Shown here one piece after another: positions 1 through 11,914 of a DNA stretch of 64,000 nt. How positions within the stretch are numbered: position 1 is the stretch's first letter; each line of letters starts with the position of its first letter. Source of the stretch: Pseudomonadota bacterium (GTDB taxonomy: Bacteria > Myxococcota > JACRCW01 > JAFGSX01); contig JBDRCO010000076.1 of NCBI GenBank assembly GCA_043821645.1, positions 96,001 to 160,000 of the forward strand, in the 5' to 3' direction. Under the pieces are notes generated by a model that was not told the DNA's origin, did not search any database, and saw only the letters and a list, made by a program, of their open reading frames with translations. The translations under genes and the position numbers were made by a program.

Positions 1-20
1 GCACCCGCTCGGGGGCATGC

Positions 21-2405
21 ATGGCGCACGGAAACATGATCGGCGGCAAGTACGAGCTGCTGCGCAAGATCGCCGCAGGCGGTATGGCCGAGGTCTACCT
101 CGCCAAGCAGACAGGTCTGGTGGGCTTCGAGAAGCTCGTCGTGATCAAGCGCATCCTGCCTCACCTCTCCGAGAACGACGAGTTCGTGCGTATGTTTCTC
201 GACGAGGCTCGCACGGCGGCTGACCTGAGGCACGCCAATGTGGTGCAGATCTACGAGGTGGGTGAGGACCAGGGCACGTACTACATCGCGATGGAGTTCC
301 TGCACGGCCAGGACCTGCGCCGCATCTTGCGTCGACAGATAGAGCTCGGCGGCCGGGTTCCTCTCCAGCATGCCCTGCAGATGGTGATCGACGCCGCAGC
401 GGGTCTGCATTACGCGCATCAGAAAGCAGACCTGCAGGGCCGGGCTCTGGGCATCGTGCACCGGGACATTTCACCCCAGAACATCATCGTCACCTACGAT
501 GGCTCGACCAAGATCGTGGATTTCGGCATCGCCAAGGCTGCGAGCCAGTCGACGGAGACGCGGTCCGGCGTCCTCAAGGGGAAGTACTCCTACATGTCGC
601 CCGAGCAAGCCTCGGGTGAGCAGATCGATCAGCGCACCGACCAGTTCGCCCTGGGTATCGTCGCGTTCGAGCTGACCACGGCCACGCGACTGTTCAAGTA
701 TCCCAACGAGATCATGACCCTGCATGCGATCATCGAATGCAGGATCACGCCGCCAGCGCACGTGCTCCGCGGTTATCCCGTCGACCTCAACGACATCCTG
801 ATGAAGGTCCTGGCCAAGGACCGCAACGACCGCTACCCGGACCTCGCGACCTTCGCCTCGGAACTCGAGGAGTACATGGCGCGTGAGGGCATGGTGCACA
901 GCCCGGCGCGGGTGGCCGAGTACATGAAGGACCTGTTCGCCGACGTCATCGAGCAGGAGGCCCAGCTTGGTCACCCCCTGGTCGACGACGAGACCTCCGG
1001 TCCGAGTGATATCCAGCGTGCCACAGCCCGGGCCACCGTGCGCGAGGAGCGTGGCAAGCGCGATGTGGTGCAGCAACAGCCCACCATGGCGACGACACCG
1101 GGGCGTCGCAACACGTCGCAGGTCCGTGCCGAGACCCTGGCCACTGCGTCAACCCAGCCCCCGCACGAGGTGGCCGCAGGTGCCGCGTCGCCGGGCAAGC
1201 GCGCAGGACTCGTGGCCGCCGCAGTGGCAGCCCTGGCCGTGGTGGCGGGCGGAGTGTGGTGGGTCGCCAAAGGCGGCTCCGGGCCCGACAACTCGGGCCG
1301 GGTGATCGTGGAGACCGATCCCGCTGGTGCCTCGGTCTTCATCGACGGCGTCGAGTTCGACGGCAAGACGCCAACCGTGATTCCCAATCTCGAGGTTGGC
1401 CGCACCTATGTCATCAAGGTGACGGAGTTCGGCTACGACTCGCAGCAGGTTCAGGTGCAACCCATCGCAGGCAAGCCGGTCTCGGTGCGACGCCAGCTGC
1501 TCAAGGCCACTGGTTCGTTCGGGGTGGTCAAGTTCATCTCGAAACCCCCCGGTGCCAAGGTCTACATCGATGGCACGCAGGCGGATGGGCAAACACCCTT
1601 CGAGCTGGGAAAGCTCAAGGTGGGGGAAGAGCACACCGCCGTGTTCATGCTCGATGGGCACACCGACGCCACGACGAAATTCAAGGTGCAGGAGGGCATG
1701 ACCGGCGTCGAGGTTGAACTCTTCAAGCCTGGAGACGTCAAACCGGCGATCCTCAGCATCGTCACGGTCCCGGGTGGCGCCAGCGTCCTCGTGGACGGTG
1801 AGAAGGTGGGGGTGTCGCCCATCGCCGCTCTTGAGCGTGCCCCCACCCAGGGCGTCGAGATCCGGGTCGAACTTGATGGCTACAAGGGCGCCACCCAGAG
1901 CGTGGACCTGCAACCTGGCGCCGCGCGCGCCGTCACCTTCACCCTCGAGGCCATCGTCAACACCGGCACCGTCGTCCTCACCAGCAGCCCCACCGGAGCC
2001 AGCGTGATGCTGGGCGAGCGCGAGCTGGGGACCACGCCCCTTGCTCCACTCAAGCTGGAGCCCGGGGAGTACACCTTCGTGCTCGAACACAAGGGCGTTC
2101 GCGTCGAGGAGACCGCGGTGGTCGAGGTAGGCAAGACCCTCAAGCTCAGCGTCAAGATGCCGACGCGGTCCACCACACCGCCGCCACCCAAGGGCAAGGG
2201 GACCCTCAAGGTCGTGATCCCGGGGAGCTGGGCCGACGTCTACGTCAATGGCAAGCTCATCGGCACCACGCCCTTCAAGCCCATCAAGCTGCCTGCCGGG
2301 AGCTACAAGGTTCGCCTGGTCAACAAGGACCTGGGCAAGGACCTCACCGTGCCGGTCAAGATCGATCCGAACAAGGAATACAAGCTCTCCAAGCGCTTCG
2401 ACTGA
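21..2405 (+). CDS. Hanks-type Ser/Thr protein kinase with TM helix and C-terminal PEGA repeats
   Basis: GGMAEVY, VVIKRI, HRDISPQN, DFGIAK, YMSPEQ motifs; hydrophobic segment ~aa395-415; repeated P.GA.V.IDG...G.TP PEGA units. Confidence 0.93.
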   Translation: MAHGNMIGGKYELLRKIAAGGMAEVYLAKQTGLVGFEKLVVIKRILPHLSENDEFVRMFLDEARTAADLRHANVVQIYEVGEDQGTYYIAMEFLHGQDLRRILRRQIELGGRVPLQHALQMVIDAAAGLHYAHQKADLQGRALGIVHRDISPQNIIVTYDGSTKIVDFGIAKAASQSTETRSGVLKGKYSYMSPEQASGEQIDQRTDQFALGIVAFELTTATRLFKYPNEIMTLHAIIECRITPPAHVLRGYPVDLNDILMKVLAKDRNDRYPDLATFASELEEYMAREGMVHSPARVAEYMKDLFADVIEQEAQLGHPLVDDETSGPSDIQRATARATVREERGKRDVVQQQPTMATTPGRRNTSQVRAETLATASTQPPHEVAAGAASPGKRAGLVAAAVAALAVVAGGVWWVAKGGSGPDNSGRVIVETDPAGASVFIDGVEFDGKTPTVIPNLEVGRTYVIKVTEFGYDSQQVQVQPIAGKPVSVRRQLLKATGSFGVVKFISKPPGAKVYIDGTQADGQTPFELGKLKVGEEHTAVFMLDGHTDATTKFKVQEGMTGVEVELFKPGDVKPAILSIVTVPGGASVLVDGEKVGVSPIAALERAPTQGVEIRVELDGYKGATQSVDLQPGAARAVTFTLEAIVNTGTVVLTSSPTGASVMLGERELGTTPLAPLKLEPGEYTFVLEHKGVRVEETAVVEVGKTLKLSVKMPTRSTTPPPPKGKGTLKVVIPGSWADVYVNGKLIGTTPFKPIKLPAGSYKVRLVNKDLGKDLTVPVKIDPNKEYKLSKRFD

Positions 2406-2408
2406 CGC

Positions 2409-2430
2409 ATCGCGAGACACGTTTCGCGAT
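2409..2430 (+). terminator. Hairpin downstream of the kinase gene
   Basis: atcgcgaga-cacg-tttcgcgat inverted repeat just after the stop; no U-tract. Confidence 0.3.
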
Positions 2431-2629
2431 CCGCGAGGCGGAGTCCGCGTCGCACGTTCCTGCTCATGGCGACGGGCTGCTCACAGCAGGACCCACCGCA
2501 CAGCGGGCAGCGCCTCAGGGAATCGTGGCGCGACGTCCACGTGGACCGGAGGTCCGGTCGCCGGTGCAGGGGTTGTCACGGCGCGTCCAAGATCCTAGAA
2601 GTGGGAGCACGACTTCAACAGACAGGGCG

Positions 2630-3001
2630 ATGATGAACAAGCTGGGTACCCACGTCCTCATCGAGCTCTGGCAGGTACCGCCAGAGCAACTCAACGACGT
2701 TGCCTGGGTCCGAAAGCTGCTTCTGCAGGCCGCCGAGGAGGCTCAGTGCTCGGTGGTGAGCCAGACCTTTCATCGCTTCGCGCCGCAGGGTGTGTCCGGT
2801 GTGGTGGTGATCGCCGAGTCCCACATCTCGATCCATACATGGCCCGAACTGGGCTACGCAGCGGCCGACATCTTCACCTGCGGTGACCACACCATGCCCG
2901 AGCAGGCCGCCCAGTACCTCATCAGGACCATGGGTGCTGGACGCCATCTGTTGCAGGTGCTCGAGCGCGGCATTCCAGACACCAGCATCGAGGCGGCCTG
3001 A
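2630..3001 (+). CDS. speD: S-adenosylmethionine decarboxylase proenzyme family (pyruvoyl-dependent)
   Basis: GTHVLIEL, HRFAPQGVSGVVVIAESHISIHTWPE (self-cleavage ESH), DIFTCG; start moved to ATG 2630. Confidence 0.9.
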   Translation: MMNKLGTHVLIELWQVPPEQLNDVAWVRKLLLQAAEEAQCSVVSQTFHRFAPQGVSGVVVIAESHISIHTWPELGYAAADIFTCGDHTMPEQAAQYLIRTMGAGRHLLQVLERGIPDTSIEAA

Positions 3002-3006
3002 AAGAA

Positions 3007-3038
3007 GAGGCCGCAGCCCGGGGTCGAGCGGCGGCCTC
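3007..3038. terminator. Hairpin between convergent speD and dnaK
   Basis: gaggccgc...gcggcctc inverted repeat. Confidence 0.4.
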
Positions 3039-3150
3039 ATCGATTCAGGTTCTTGTGTCTGATGATTCGTCGAATTCGTGAGTCTGGTTGTGCGCCCCGG
3101 TGGTCGGCGCCATTCTCATCGCAAGGCGCTGCGTGCTCAGGGGCCGCGCG

Positions 3151-5070
<1,920 letters not shown>

Positions 5071-5211
5071 GATGCTTCTCCTTGCCCGGGGCGCGACTCT
5101 CTGAAAAGTCGCTAACGCCTCGAAATTATTGACTGAAAGAACCGGCCTCGCGGCATGGGAGCAAGATAGGCACCGGGTCTGGTCTGTCAAGCCCGAGACA
5201 ACACAATGCGC

Positions 5212-7992
5212 TCAGGGCTTGGGGAACTCGAGGGGCCGCCCGCGCAGGCGGCGCAACAGCCGCTGCAGCGAGGATAGATAGGGAGCCCCCCGGTCATAGC
5301 GCAGCTGGTCCGCCAGCGACTCCTCGAGGGGTTCGAGCAAGCTCCGGCGCAGTGGCGTGTTCTCGATGACCGCAACGCGTCGCAGCTGGGCCTCGAGCAC
5401 CACCGGGGTGTTGTTCTGCTCCCGTCCGCGTTTCTCGGCCGCTTGCAGCGCGCGGCGGTACTCCCTCTTCTCGGCGCGCTCGAAGGCCAGCGTGGCTGCG
5501 AGCAGCTCCAGGTACAGCCTGCGCTCGGGCGCACCCTGGGCGGTGGCGAGGGCAGGTCCGGTGTTGTCGAGTTCACGCGCCTCGAGCAAGGCTCGCACCA
5601 GGGCCTCCTGGACGTAGGGGGACGGATCGGCGTGGCGCAGAGCCTCGATCTGCTTGCGGGCACCTCGACGGCTCATCGAGGCCATGTGCCGCGCCGCAAA
5701 GGCAACCGCGGCCCCCTGCGGCTTCTCGTCCACGGCAGCAGCGTCGAGGAAGCGCAGCGCGGTCTTCCTTTCACCTCTCGCCACGCGACCCAGGGCGGCG
5801 AAGCCCGTCGCCAGAGGATCCTTGCGCGCACCGTCCGGGGCCTCGTCGTACAGCTTGAGGAGCTTCGGGTAGTCACCATTGGCCATGGCGGCTCGGAGCT
5901 GCAGCACCAGTCCAGGGCGACTGTCGAGGCGGCGCACGCGCAGGATTCTCCCCGCCTCGTCGGCAAGGGCGGGCTCGCCTCGTGCCAGCGCGAGTTCGCC
6001 GATGGCCTGGTAGCGGGCCTGACCCAGGCCCCGGGCACGCAGCAAGCGCTGCCGTAGCTCGGTGGCCTCGGCTTCCTTGAGCTGCTTGGGCGCGGTGGCG
6101 GCACGCTCGGCATGGTAGAGCAACATGCTGCCGGCTGGCGGACAACTCTCGAGGGTGACAGCGGTGGCGGCGCCGAGTTTCTGGCCGCGCCGCAGGCCGA
6201 TACGACCTCGGGTTGCGGCTTGCTCGCAAGCGGAGATACCGAGGATCTCGAGTCGCGCCAGGCAGGTCTCGATAAGGGCAAGGTCTCCCACGGCCGCTGC
6301 CTGCACGGCGAGCTCACCCAGGACATGCACCGTGCGCACGTTGGTTTCGTTCACCAGCGCACCTGCTGCAGCCACGTCGCCCGACGCCACGGCCAGGGCG
6401 AGCCGGGACGAACCCGGAGTCTCGAGCTTGCCCGCGGCGAGGGCTCGCTCGGCATAATCGGGCCACCCCTCGTCGAGGAGAGCCTCGCTTGCGGCCAGAG
6501 CGCGCGCGGTGTCGCCACCGATCGCAGCTTCGATGTCGTCGAAGGGCGGCGCCTCGGCTGCGGCATTGCCAACCCACGAGCGCAGCGTCACAGCCAGGGC
6601 GAGGGCCCCGAAGTGGAGTCTCGTGGCCTCTGCCTTGACCGGTGCGGCGAGCAGAGGAGAGATCTCCGCTGGACCGTCGCCCCGAGCGAGACGCAGGCTG
6701 GCCTCGGCCAGGTCGGTGGCGGGGGCGTCCTTGGCCACAGCCCGGAGTTCCTTGAGCCAACCCTCGGCGCGCGGGAGCTGGTCGGTGGCCAGCGCGGCCC
6801 GCAGGGCCAGCAGCGGAAGATCCTGTGATTCCGGACGGGCCGCACGCGCCTGGTCGACCCACTTGAGTACCTGATCGTGCAAGCCCCGGTGCAGTCCGTC
6901 CAGGGCGAGCAACTCCAGGCGCAGGCTCTCGAACAGCGGGTCATCCTGACTCTTCTCATTGACCAGGGCGCCAGGCGGGTGCCCGCGGGCAACAGCCAGC
7001 AAGGCCGCGCCCAGGATGGCGCGGGGTTCGTCGGCACTGGCGTGCTCATCGAGGATGGTCTGGGCGCGGTCGAGCAAGCTGGGATCCGCGTCGTCATAAA
7101 GGTAGCGGGCGGCCATGAGCCACACCGCGCGCAGCGCCAGGTCCGAATCACTGGATTCCTCGTGGAGCTGCACAACCTGGCTCAGTGCTGCGTGGCGGGC
7201 CACCGAGCCCCCCTGCCGGATCGCGGTGTCGATCCCGGCGATGGACTGGGTCCAGGCTTCCTGCGAGCGACAGGAGCGCAGTCCGACCAGCACCACCACC
7301 CCGACCACGAGGAGCGCGCCGAGTCCGATGCCGCCGCCGACCAACAGGTGCCGCACCCGGCTCGATCCCCGGAGCTCGCCAACGCTGCGGCGCGTTGCAC
7401 CCAGGGCGGTCTCCAGCCGAGATGCGAACATCCCACTTTCCTGCTCGAAGGCCACCAGTTGCAGCACCGCGGCGGCAGCCTGCTCGCGCCGATCCGCATC
7501 CACGGCGATGGCACCGATGTGTTCCTCTGCGCTGGGCAGCGAGCTCCCCGCCGAGCCAAGGCTGCGGGTCTCGGTCAGCGCTTTCTTGTGTGCCTTTTTG
7601 AGCAATGCGGCGTAGCTCTTCTTGCCGCCCGAGGTGCGCACCGCCAGGGCCAGGTAGCGTTCTGCATGTGCCGGCTCCTCGGCCTCGAGAAGGATCTGCC
7701 CGACCCTGAACAGGGCTTCGGGATCCTGGGGCGCCAGGCGCAGCGCTGCGATCAGGTGCTCCATCCCCTCGGCACCACGGCCCAGGGCATGCAACGCCCC
7801 GGCGCGCAGGAGCAGCCATTCCACATCGCCCTCGTCGGGACGCATCTCCGCGTCGCACACGGTCAGCGCGTCCTTGGGGCGTCCATCGAGCAAGGCGTCC
7901 CGTGCTTCGTGCAGGCGCTGGCTGCGCTGCGACGACAGGGCGGGTGTCCCCGGCGCTGGTTCCGAGCCCGGAGTGTTGCGTTTGGAACTCAT
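5212..7992 (-). CDS. Large TPR-repeat membrane protein
   Basis: N-terminal TPR-like helices (ALRLAPQDPEALFRVG), one TM segment, Ala/Leu-rich helical C-terminal region; start inferred at MSSKRN. Confidence 0.65.
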   Translation of the reverse strand: MSSKRNTPGSEPAPGTPALSSQRSQRLHEARDALLDGRPKDALTVCDAEMRPDEGDVEWLLLRAGALHALGRGAEGMEHLIAALRLAPQDPEALFRVGQILLEAEEPAHAERYLALAVRTSGGKKSYAALLKKAHKKALTETRSLGSAGSSLPSAEEHIGAIAVDADRREQAAAAVLQLVAFEQESGMFASRLETALGATRRSVGELRGSSRVRHLLVGGGIGLGALLVVGVVVLVGLRSCRSQEAWTQSIAGIDTAIRQGGSVARHAALSQVVQLHEESSDSDLALRAVWLMAARYLYDDADPSLLDRAQTILDEHASADEPRAILGAALLAVARGHPPGALVNEKSQDDPLFESLRLELLALDGLHRGLHDQVLKWVDQARAARPESQDLPLLALRAALATDQLPRAEGWLKELRAVAKDAPATDLAEASLRLARGDGPAEISPLLAAPVKAEATRLHFGALALAVTLRSWVGNAAAEAPPFDDIEAAIGGDTARALAASEALLDEGWPDYAERALAAGKLETPGSSRLALAVASGDVAAAGALVNETNVRTVHVLGELAVQAAAVGDLALIETCLARLEILGISACEQAATRGRIGLRRGQKLGAATAVTLESCPPAGSMLLYHAERAATAPKQLKEAEATELRQRLLRARGLGQARYQAIGELALARGEPALADEAGRILRVRRLDSRPGLVLQLRAAMANGDYPKLLKLYDEAPDGARKDPLATGFAALGRVARGERKTALRFLDAAAVDEKPQGAAVAFAARHMASMSRRGARKQIEALRHADPSPYVQEALVRALLEARELDNTGPALATAQGAPERRLYLELLAATLAFERAEKREYRRALQAAEKRGREQNNTPVVLEAQLRRVAVIENTPLRRSLLEPLEESLADQLRYDRGAPYLSSLQRLLRRLRGRPLEFPKP

Positions 7993-8068
7993 GATTGGCG
8001 GCCTGGCTCCGACCCTTCTCGTATACGCCGCGGAGCAGCACGCAGGATAGACGCAGGGGCCGCGACGA

Positions 8069-9316
8069 TCAATGCAGCACCACCCGGGCAAACTTCTTCT
8101 TGCCGGCTCGCACCAGGTAGCTGCCGGGCGCGATGCGCTCGGCGGGGTCGTCGTGGCGCTCACCGTCGAGACGCACGCCGCCCTGACCGATGAGGCGCCT
8201 GGCCTCGCCGTTGGATCCGACCAGTCCAGCACGCGCCAGGAGCTGGATGAGGGGCAGACCACCGTCCTCGGAGGCCAGGGCCACTTCCTCGACGTCCTCG
8301 GGCACGGCTTCTTTGTTGCCGATGTTCTGGTCGAACCAGAGCGCCTCGGCCTGGGCACATTCCGCCGAGTGAAAGCGCGCCACGATCTCCCGGGCGAGAT
8401 CGCTCTTGGCGGCCTTGGGGTGCGCCTCACCTCGTTCCACGGCGCTGCGCCGCGCGGCGATGGTCACGCTGTCGAGGTCGCTGAGCAGGTCGTAGTAACG
8501 CCACATCAGGGCGTCGCAGATGCGCATGATCTTGCCGAACTGCTCCCGGGGTGGCTCGTCGACGCCGATGTAGTTGGCCAGGGACTTGGACATCTTGTTG
8601 CCCACGAGCGCGCCGTTCTCGACCCTGGCGTCGGTGCCCTCGAGGATGGGCGTGGTCAAGATGACCTGGGGCTCCAGCTCGAAGGCGCGCATGATGTCGC
8701 GCCCCACCAGCAGGTTGAACAGCTGGTCGGTGCCGCCCAGCTCGACGTCGGCCTTGAGAGCCACCGAGTCATAGGCCTGGGCCAGGGGATACAGCAGTTC
8801 GTGCACGGCGATGGGTCGCTGCTCGGCGAGGCGCTTTTGAAAATCGTCGCGCTCGAGCATGCGCGCCAGCGAATAGCGCGCGGCCAGGCGAATGACATCG
8901 TCGAAGCCCATGGGGCCGAGCCACTCGCTGTTGAAGCGTACCTCGGTGAGCCTGGCGTCGAGGATCTTGAAGACCTGATTCTTGTAGGTCTCGGCGTTGT
9001 GCTGGATCTGGTCCCGGGTCAGCGGGGGACGGGTGGTGCTCTTGCCCGTGGGATCGCCGATCGAGGCCGTGAAGTCACCGATGACGAAGATCACGCGGTG
9101 CCCGAGCTGCTGGAACTGTCGCATCTTCTGCATCAGCACGGTGTGACCGAGATGCAGATCCGGCGCCGTGGGATCGAATCCGACCTTGACGGCGAGCGGC
9201 GTGTCCTTGGCCAGGCTGCGCGCGAGCTTCTTCTTGAGATCGTCGGGGGTCTGCAGGTCGACGATGCCGCGGGTCAGCAGGGCCAGCTGCTCGTCGACGG
9301 GGGGGAAATGGGTCAT
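8069..9316 (-). CDS. tyrS: Tyrosine--tRNA ligase
   Basis: [13 protein letters not shown] (HIGH), GGTDQ, KMSKS, C-terminal S4-like domain. Confidence 0.97.
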   Translation of the reverse strand: MTHFPPVDEQLALLTRGIVDLQTPDDLKKKLARSLAKDTPLAVKVGFDPTAPDLHLGHTVLMQKMRQFQQLGHRVIFVIGDFTASIGDPTGKSTTRPPLTRDQIQHNAETYKNQVFKILDARLTEVRFNSEWLGPMGFDDVIRLAARYSLARMLERDDFQKRLAEQRPIAVHELLYPLAQAYDSVALKADVELGGTDQLFNLLVGRDIMRAFELEPQVILTTPILEGTDARVENGALVGNKMSKSLANYIGVDEPPREQFGKIMRICDALMWRYYDLLSDLDSVTIAARRSAVERGEAHPKAAKSDLAREIVARFHSAECAQAEALWFDQNIGNKEAVPEDVEEVALASEDGGLPLIQLLARAGLVGSNGEARRLIGQGGVRLDGERHDDPAERIAPGSYLVRAGKKKFARVVLH

Positions 9317-9377
9317 GCGGGCTCCGGTGCGCGAGGCGCGCGACGAGGGGTCTTCGTATGCAGAGGAGGCCAGCGCG

Positions 9378-10670
9378 TCAAGCGGTACGCCTGTTCTCTC
9401 CGTCGAGCATGCTCAGGATCTGTGCCGTGCAGCGCTGTGAGGCACCGCGGCCCTCGCTGGCAGCGCGCCTGGCTTCATCGCCGAGGGCAAGGGCGACGGA
9501 GGGGTGTGCGAGCAGGTGCTGCAGGGCGTCGGCCAGCGTCGGAGTGTCCGAGATTTCTTGCAGACCACGGCCGCGCAGCAGCTCGACCTGATCTCTGGAA
9601 TCCCAGGTGTGTGGGCCAACCAGCACGGCCACTCCCTGGGAGGCGGGCTCCAGCATGTTCTGACCGCCCCGGGGCACCAGCGATCCGCCAACGAAGGCGA
9701 CCCGCGCCAGGCCATAGACCCGACCGAGCTCGCCGAGACTGTCCAGCAGCACGACACCGGCATGCTGAAGATCGTCACCGCCTGCACTTCGGCGCGCGAC
9801 GTCGGTGGTCCGCTGCTGGATCAGGGCCAGCACCTCGTCGCTGCGGTCCAGGTAGCGGGGTGCCAGCACCAGGCGAGCGGTCGGATTGGAAACCCGGGCC
9901 TGGACAAAGGCGTCGAGGACAAGCTCCTCTTCCCCGCGGTGCGTGGATCCCGCCACCACCACCGGGTCGCCAGGCGCCATCCCCAGCTCCTGTCCCAGCA
10001 CTTGCACACTCCCGGGGTCCGGACCCTGGACCGCTGCATCGAGCTTGGTGTTGCCCGTGATGTGCACGCGCTCGGGTCGGGCTCCGAGGGCAAGCATGCG
10101 GTCCGCCTCGTCGTGGTTGCGCATCAAGAACAGGTCGACATCGTCGAGAACCGGACCGGTGATGGCGAATAGACGCCGGTAGTGGTGAACCAGGCTCGGG
10201 GAGATGCGGCCGTTGACCACCACCACCCGGGCACCGGCTGCATGTGCACGGCGGATCAGGGCCGGCCACAGCTCGGCGCGTTCGAGAAGAAGCAGACCGG
10301 GCTGCAGTGCCGTCACGGCCCGTCGCGTGGCACCGGGAAGGTCGTAGGGCTGATAAAGCACCCGCGCAGAGGCAAAGCGCTGCCGCGCCATGGCTACTCC
10401 GGTGTTGGTGAGTGCCGTGACCGTGAGCTGGAGCGGTCGTGCGCGGGCGATCTCGTCGAGCAAGGGTTGCAGGCACAGCACGTCCCCGGCCGAGGCGCCG
10501 TGGGCCCACACCCGGAGCGGGGCGTCCGGGCCCGAGGCGAGCCCGGGCAGGGGAGCCATTGACCAGTAGAAGCGCTGCCACCAGCCCGCGCGCAGCTTGG
10601 GCCGCAGCGCAAACAGGGGAAGCAAGGCCACGTGGACCAGCCAGGCCAGCAGGTGATGGAGCGCGGTCAT
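9378..10670 (-). CDS. waaA: 3-deoxy-D-manno-octulosonate (Kdo) transferase
   Basis: [44 protein letters not shown]. Confidence 0.9.
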   Translation of the reverse strand: MTALHHLLAWLVHVALLPLFALRPKLRAGWWQRFYWSMAPLPGLASGPDAPLRVWAHGASAGDVLCLQPLLDEIARARPLQLTVTALTNTGVAMARQRFASARVLYQPYDLPGATRRAVTALQPGLLLLERAELWPALIRRAHAAGARVVVVNGRISPSLVHHYRRLFAITGPVLDDVDLFLMRNHDEADRMLALGARPERVHITGNTKLDAAVQGPDPGSVQVLGQELGMAPGDPVVVAGSTHRGEEELVLDAFVQARVSNPTARLVLAPRYLDRSDEVLALIQQRTTDVARRSAGGDDLQHAGVVLLDSLGELGRVYGLARVAFVGGSLVPRGGQNMLEPASQGVAVLVGPHTWDSRDQVELLRGRGLQEISDTPTLADALQHLLAHPSVALALGDEARRAASEGRGASQRCTAQILSMLDGENRRTA

Positions 10671-10793
10671 GACGCGGTAAGCCTCGCAGCGCGCGGGCCT
10701 CTCAAGAGCTCCGTCGCGGTTCGATTGACGCACCATATCCTTGCGTGGTACCCAAACCCATCTTACTTTTACGGCGGACGTCATACGGAGAAG

Positions 10794-11381
10794 ATGACCA
10801 TGCGTTGCGTCGCTACCTTTGCCTTGCTGAGCCTGCTGGCCGTTCCTGGAGCGTTCGCCCAGGACACCGCCACCGACGATGGCGCGATCGCCACCGAACA
10901 GCCTGCCGACGAGACCACCCCCGCGACGGGTGGCGAGGCCACGGCACCCGATGCCGCTGCGACCGCACCGGCGGATCTCCCTCCCGCGGACGAGGGTACC
11001 ACCCCAGCCGAGGCGGCTCCGCCGGCCGAGACCGGGACCGAGACTGCCGCGGCCGAAGCTCCGGTGGATAGCTCTGCCGACCTCGAGCGGCTGATCGTCA
11101 CCGGTGTGGCGGGTGGCGTCGCGGTCGTCGGGCTGGGCGTGGGGATCACCTTCGGCGTGCTGGCCCTCAATGATTACAACTGCCTGTCCGATGTCGTCGA
11201 GTGCAACAAGACCCTCGACGAGCCCATCATCGGTGACAAGTACCTGGATGCCCGCGCCGAGGTCGAGCGCAAGGCCCTGTACGCAGACATGGGCTTCCTG
11301 GTGGCGGCGACGGCAGCCACAGTGGCGATCGTTGGCGCGGTCGAGATGCTCCTCGGCTCGGGCTCGGAGGCGAGCGAATGA
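10794..11381 (+). CDS. Exported/membrane hypothetical protein
   Basis: Signal peptide (AFA|QD), acidic Pro/Ala/Thr linker, two C-terminal hydrophobic helices; GGAG SD. Confidence 0.65.
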   Translation: MTMRCVATFALLSLLAVPGAFAQDTATDDGAIATEQPADETTPATGGEATAPDAAATAPADLPPADEGTTPAEAAPPAETGTETAAAEAPVDSSADLERLIVTGVAGGVAVVGLGVGITFGVLALNDYNCLSDVVECNKTLDEPIIGDKYLDARAEVERKALYADMGFLVAATAATVAIVGAVEMLLGSGSEASE

Positions 11382-11848
11382 AAACCCACATGAACTGGAT
11401 GCGTGGACTGATCGTCGTGGTCGTTGCAGGGGTGCTGGTCACGGCGTGCACCGTGATCCTGGACACCCAATCCTTGACCAAGCCCTGTGCGTCCAATGCG
11501 GACTGCGAGGAGGGCTTCCGGTGCGAGGAGGGGACCTGCCTGCCTGGTCCGCGGGACGCCGGTCCTGTGGTGGATGCGGCCGCAGCCGATACCACCGTGG
11601 TGCCGGATACAGGTGGGACGGACACCTCCGTCACCCCCGATGCGGCCACCGCTGACACCCTGGTCACGGACACGATGGCTACCGATACCACGGTCCCCGT
11701 GGACAGCGCGGTGGAGGATGCCACCGCGACGACCGACGCAACCATGGCGGACAGTGCGACCGGCGACGCTGCGGTCGAGGACTCGGCGGTTGCGGACTCG
11801 GCCACCGAGGATGCGGCTGTCGAAGACGCCGCTGCCGAGGACATCTGA
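11378..11848 (+). CDS. Lipoprotein with small Cys-rich module and acidic low-complexity tail
   Basis: Lipobox VTAC; C..NADC.EG.RC...TC; ATGA overlap with upstream gene; D-periodic tail. Confidence 0.75.
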   Translation: MKTHMNWMRGLIVVVVAGVLVTACTVILDTQSLTKPCASNADCEEGFRCEEGTCLPGPRDAGPVVDAAAADTTVVPDTGGTDTSVTPDAATADTLVTDTMATDTTVPVDSAVEDATATTDATMADSATGDAAVEDSAVADSATEDAAVEDAAAEDI

Positions 11849-11914
11849 GTCCGACGCCTCTGACCCCCCCGCCTGCCCCTCCCACGCGGTGTTGTTAGCC
11901 TTGACGAGATCGAT

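Noticed and set aside
2406-2629. SAM riboswitch upstream of speD
   Set aside because: No recognisable SAM-I/II consensus; only generic GC-rich hairpins
5091-5115. CIRCE-like inverted repeat upstream of dnaK (gcgact-N8-agtcgctaa)
   Set aside because: Arms and spacing do not fit TTAGCACTC-N9-GAGTGCTAA; at most a short 5'UTR hairpin
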